The notes beneath the pieces were generated by a model, which was not told the DNA's origin, made no database searches, and saw nothing but the letters and a program-made list of their open reading frames with translations. A stretch of 63,892 nt of DNA, the filler included, from Reclinomonas americana ATCC 50394 (lineage: Eukaryota), in assembly GCA_048213135.1 (NCBI GenBank). It is 6 parts of 2 records of this genome, joined end to end, with 100 filler letters (N's around TTAATTAATTAA, not from the genome) between each part and the next. Parts side by side here need not be neighbours in the genome. Positions count along the whole stretch, not along the records: positions 62,096 to 63,892 come from PS015111.1; 5 more parts are not named here. One strand, 5' to 3'. A program made the position numbers and the translations under genes. Within the stretch, counting starts at the first letter, position 1; every line of letters begins with the position of its first letter. Below, in pieces: positions 62,187 through 63,892 of this stretch.

Positions 62187-63712
62187 CGCAGTGACGGCCC
62201 TGCACGCTCTCCTCGATCGTGACGAGTCCTCCGTTTTTCAGCTGTTCATTAACGTATTCTCCGTGTCGCATGGACCACCATGCCGATATACTCATCCGAC
62301 ACGAGTGTACCCGCCCGTCACTTGAGGAGTTCATGCAGCGGCGTACCGCCATACAGCCTCCACCCGCCCCACAGTGCGAAGACTGCGCTGGCAACTGCCA
62401 GCGCAGAAGCGTGCAGCACTCGTCGCTCGTCGTTGGGGCTTCCGATCGCGTTGATCAAACGCAACATCGCCACCGCAAAGCAGACACCACAGAGCAGCAG
62501 AGGGACATTGGCGGCGACGAGAGCGGCGAGCATGAGACTGGACCACCCGCCAGCAACGGCAAACGTGCTGATGAGGAGCACCGTGTTGAGATTGGTGAGC
62601 CATCGCGGAGGGCCCGGAGGTGGAGGCACGCCCGCGTCGAAACATGCGTGGCACTCGGCAGCGTGTTTGCGCTGCCAGCGATCCTGGATGTTGTCGATAA
62701 GGGCGTAGGCGCCGCACGCGAGGGCCACGAGAGGGAGACTGTGTGTGCGCAATGGAACACACGATGTGATGCGTGTTCGGATCGCGTGAGAGATAGATAG
62801 CACAGAGGATGATCTCTGCAGCTGTGTGTGCTGTGTGCACGCTGATATAATACTGCGTCGTGTGCTCAATAATCATGCATCGAACCTGACACGTGCGACT
62901 CCGACGGCCGACACTCCCAACATCATGGCGATGGTGGCGCACGCGACACCGCCAACGACACTGACGCCAGCAAAGATCAAGGCGGCGCCCTGCTGTGCAA
63001 GGCCCGAGAACGACATTTGTTTGTTTGTTTTGATTGACTAAGGGATTTGTGGACATTTGTCGCATTATTGGAATGTGGTGAATGAAGTGTTTTGTTGTTG
63101 TGTCCTCTCTTGTCGACGTCCGCCCATGGGTGCCTGCAGACGTCGTCATGCCATCGCTCAGAGGAGCGAGCTCACAGCATTCGTTTGCTGTTCCTACATC
63201 CGCATCAGCAAGCGCCTGCATCGTGATGTCTGTCACTGTGTCAGAAGATCTTAAGAGCGACTCGCGAGCTCACAGCAATCGTTTTGCTTTTTTCATTCTT
63301 CCGCTCATCACCTGACGCGCGGCGTAAAACCGTTATACATCCTCCAGCCACCCATCAAGGCGAACATTGCGCTGAAGACGGCCATGACCACCAGCAAAGC
63401 GTGCAACTTGCTTCGGCCGCCGGATTCGAACTCTAACCGTGGGTATCCGGTCGCAGTGATCAACCACAGCACGACCAGCGCGAAGCAGACGCTGCAGAGC
63501 AGCAGAGGGACCGCGTTGGCAGAGAAGAACGCAGCGATCATGAGACTGGACCACCCGCCAGCAGTGACCAGGAGACTGATGCGAAGCATTCTGTTGAGAT
63601 TGGCGAGCCATCGCCGACGATCGGCAAAGTGAAGCTGCCAGCGGGAGTGAATGGCGTCGATAGTGGCGATGGAGGCGAAGGCGAGGACCACGAGAGGGAT
63701 GCTGTGCGCCAT
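62187..63712 (-). CDS. Multi-pass membrane protein(s) with two homologous hydrophobic modules (63712-63312 and ~62750-62322)
   Basis: Shared motifs HSxPLV, DxIxxRWQ, RWLxNLN, AGGWSSLM, VPLLLC.VCFA, FALxGGWRxY. Confidence 0.55.
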
Positions 63713-63822
63713 TGGAATACAGGGTCACGCGCGAGGAGGAGGTGGAGAAAGAGAAGAAGAAGAAGAAGTACAAGAAGACAAAGACGAAGAAGAAGAGGAG
63801 AAGAAGAAGAAGAAGAAGAAGA

Positions 63823-63892
<70 letters not shown>

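Overview
Eukaryotic, intron-rich and microsatellite-rich DNA, probably from an aerobic protist (a complex I subunit is present, and TAA, TAG and TGA all serve as stops). The window is not contiguous: six scaffolds are joined by N44-TTAATTAATTAA-N44 linkers, and at least two internal contigs appear mis-oriented. Hand-spliced genes include CCDC47, NDUFA13, Y14/RBM8A, HSP20, a large secreted FN3::NHL-cadherin-PAN protein, a Trs65/TRAPPC14-like protein, a WD40-FN3-MAP3K kinase and a Crinkler-type NTPase+REase effector. Two candidate systems stand out. (1) A tandem family of five TRAF-like genes (RING-Zn fingers-coiled coil) carries TLDc in place of MATH, with a mosaic hypervariable TLDc exon and one RING-less member. 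(2) '+1 shifted' 5' splice sites (GTTGCGT/GTTGAGT/GTTGTGT) recur across unrelated genes. No rRNA, tRNA, CRISPR or transposase was recognised. All gene models were derived by eye without transcript data or database searches.
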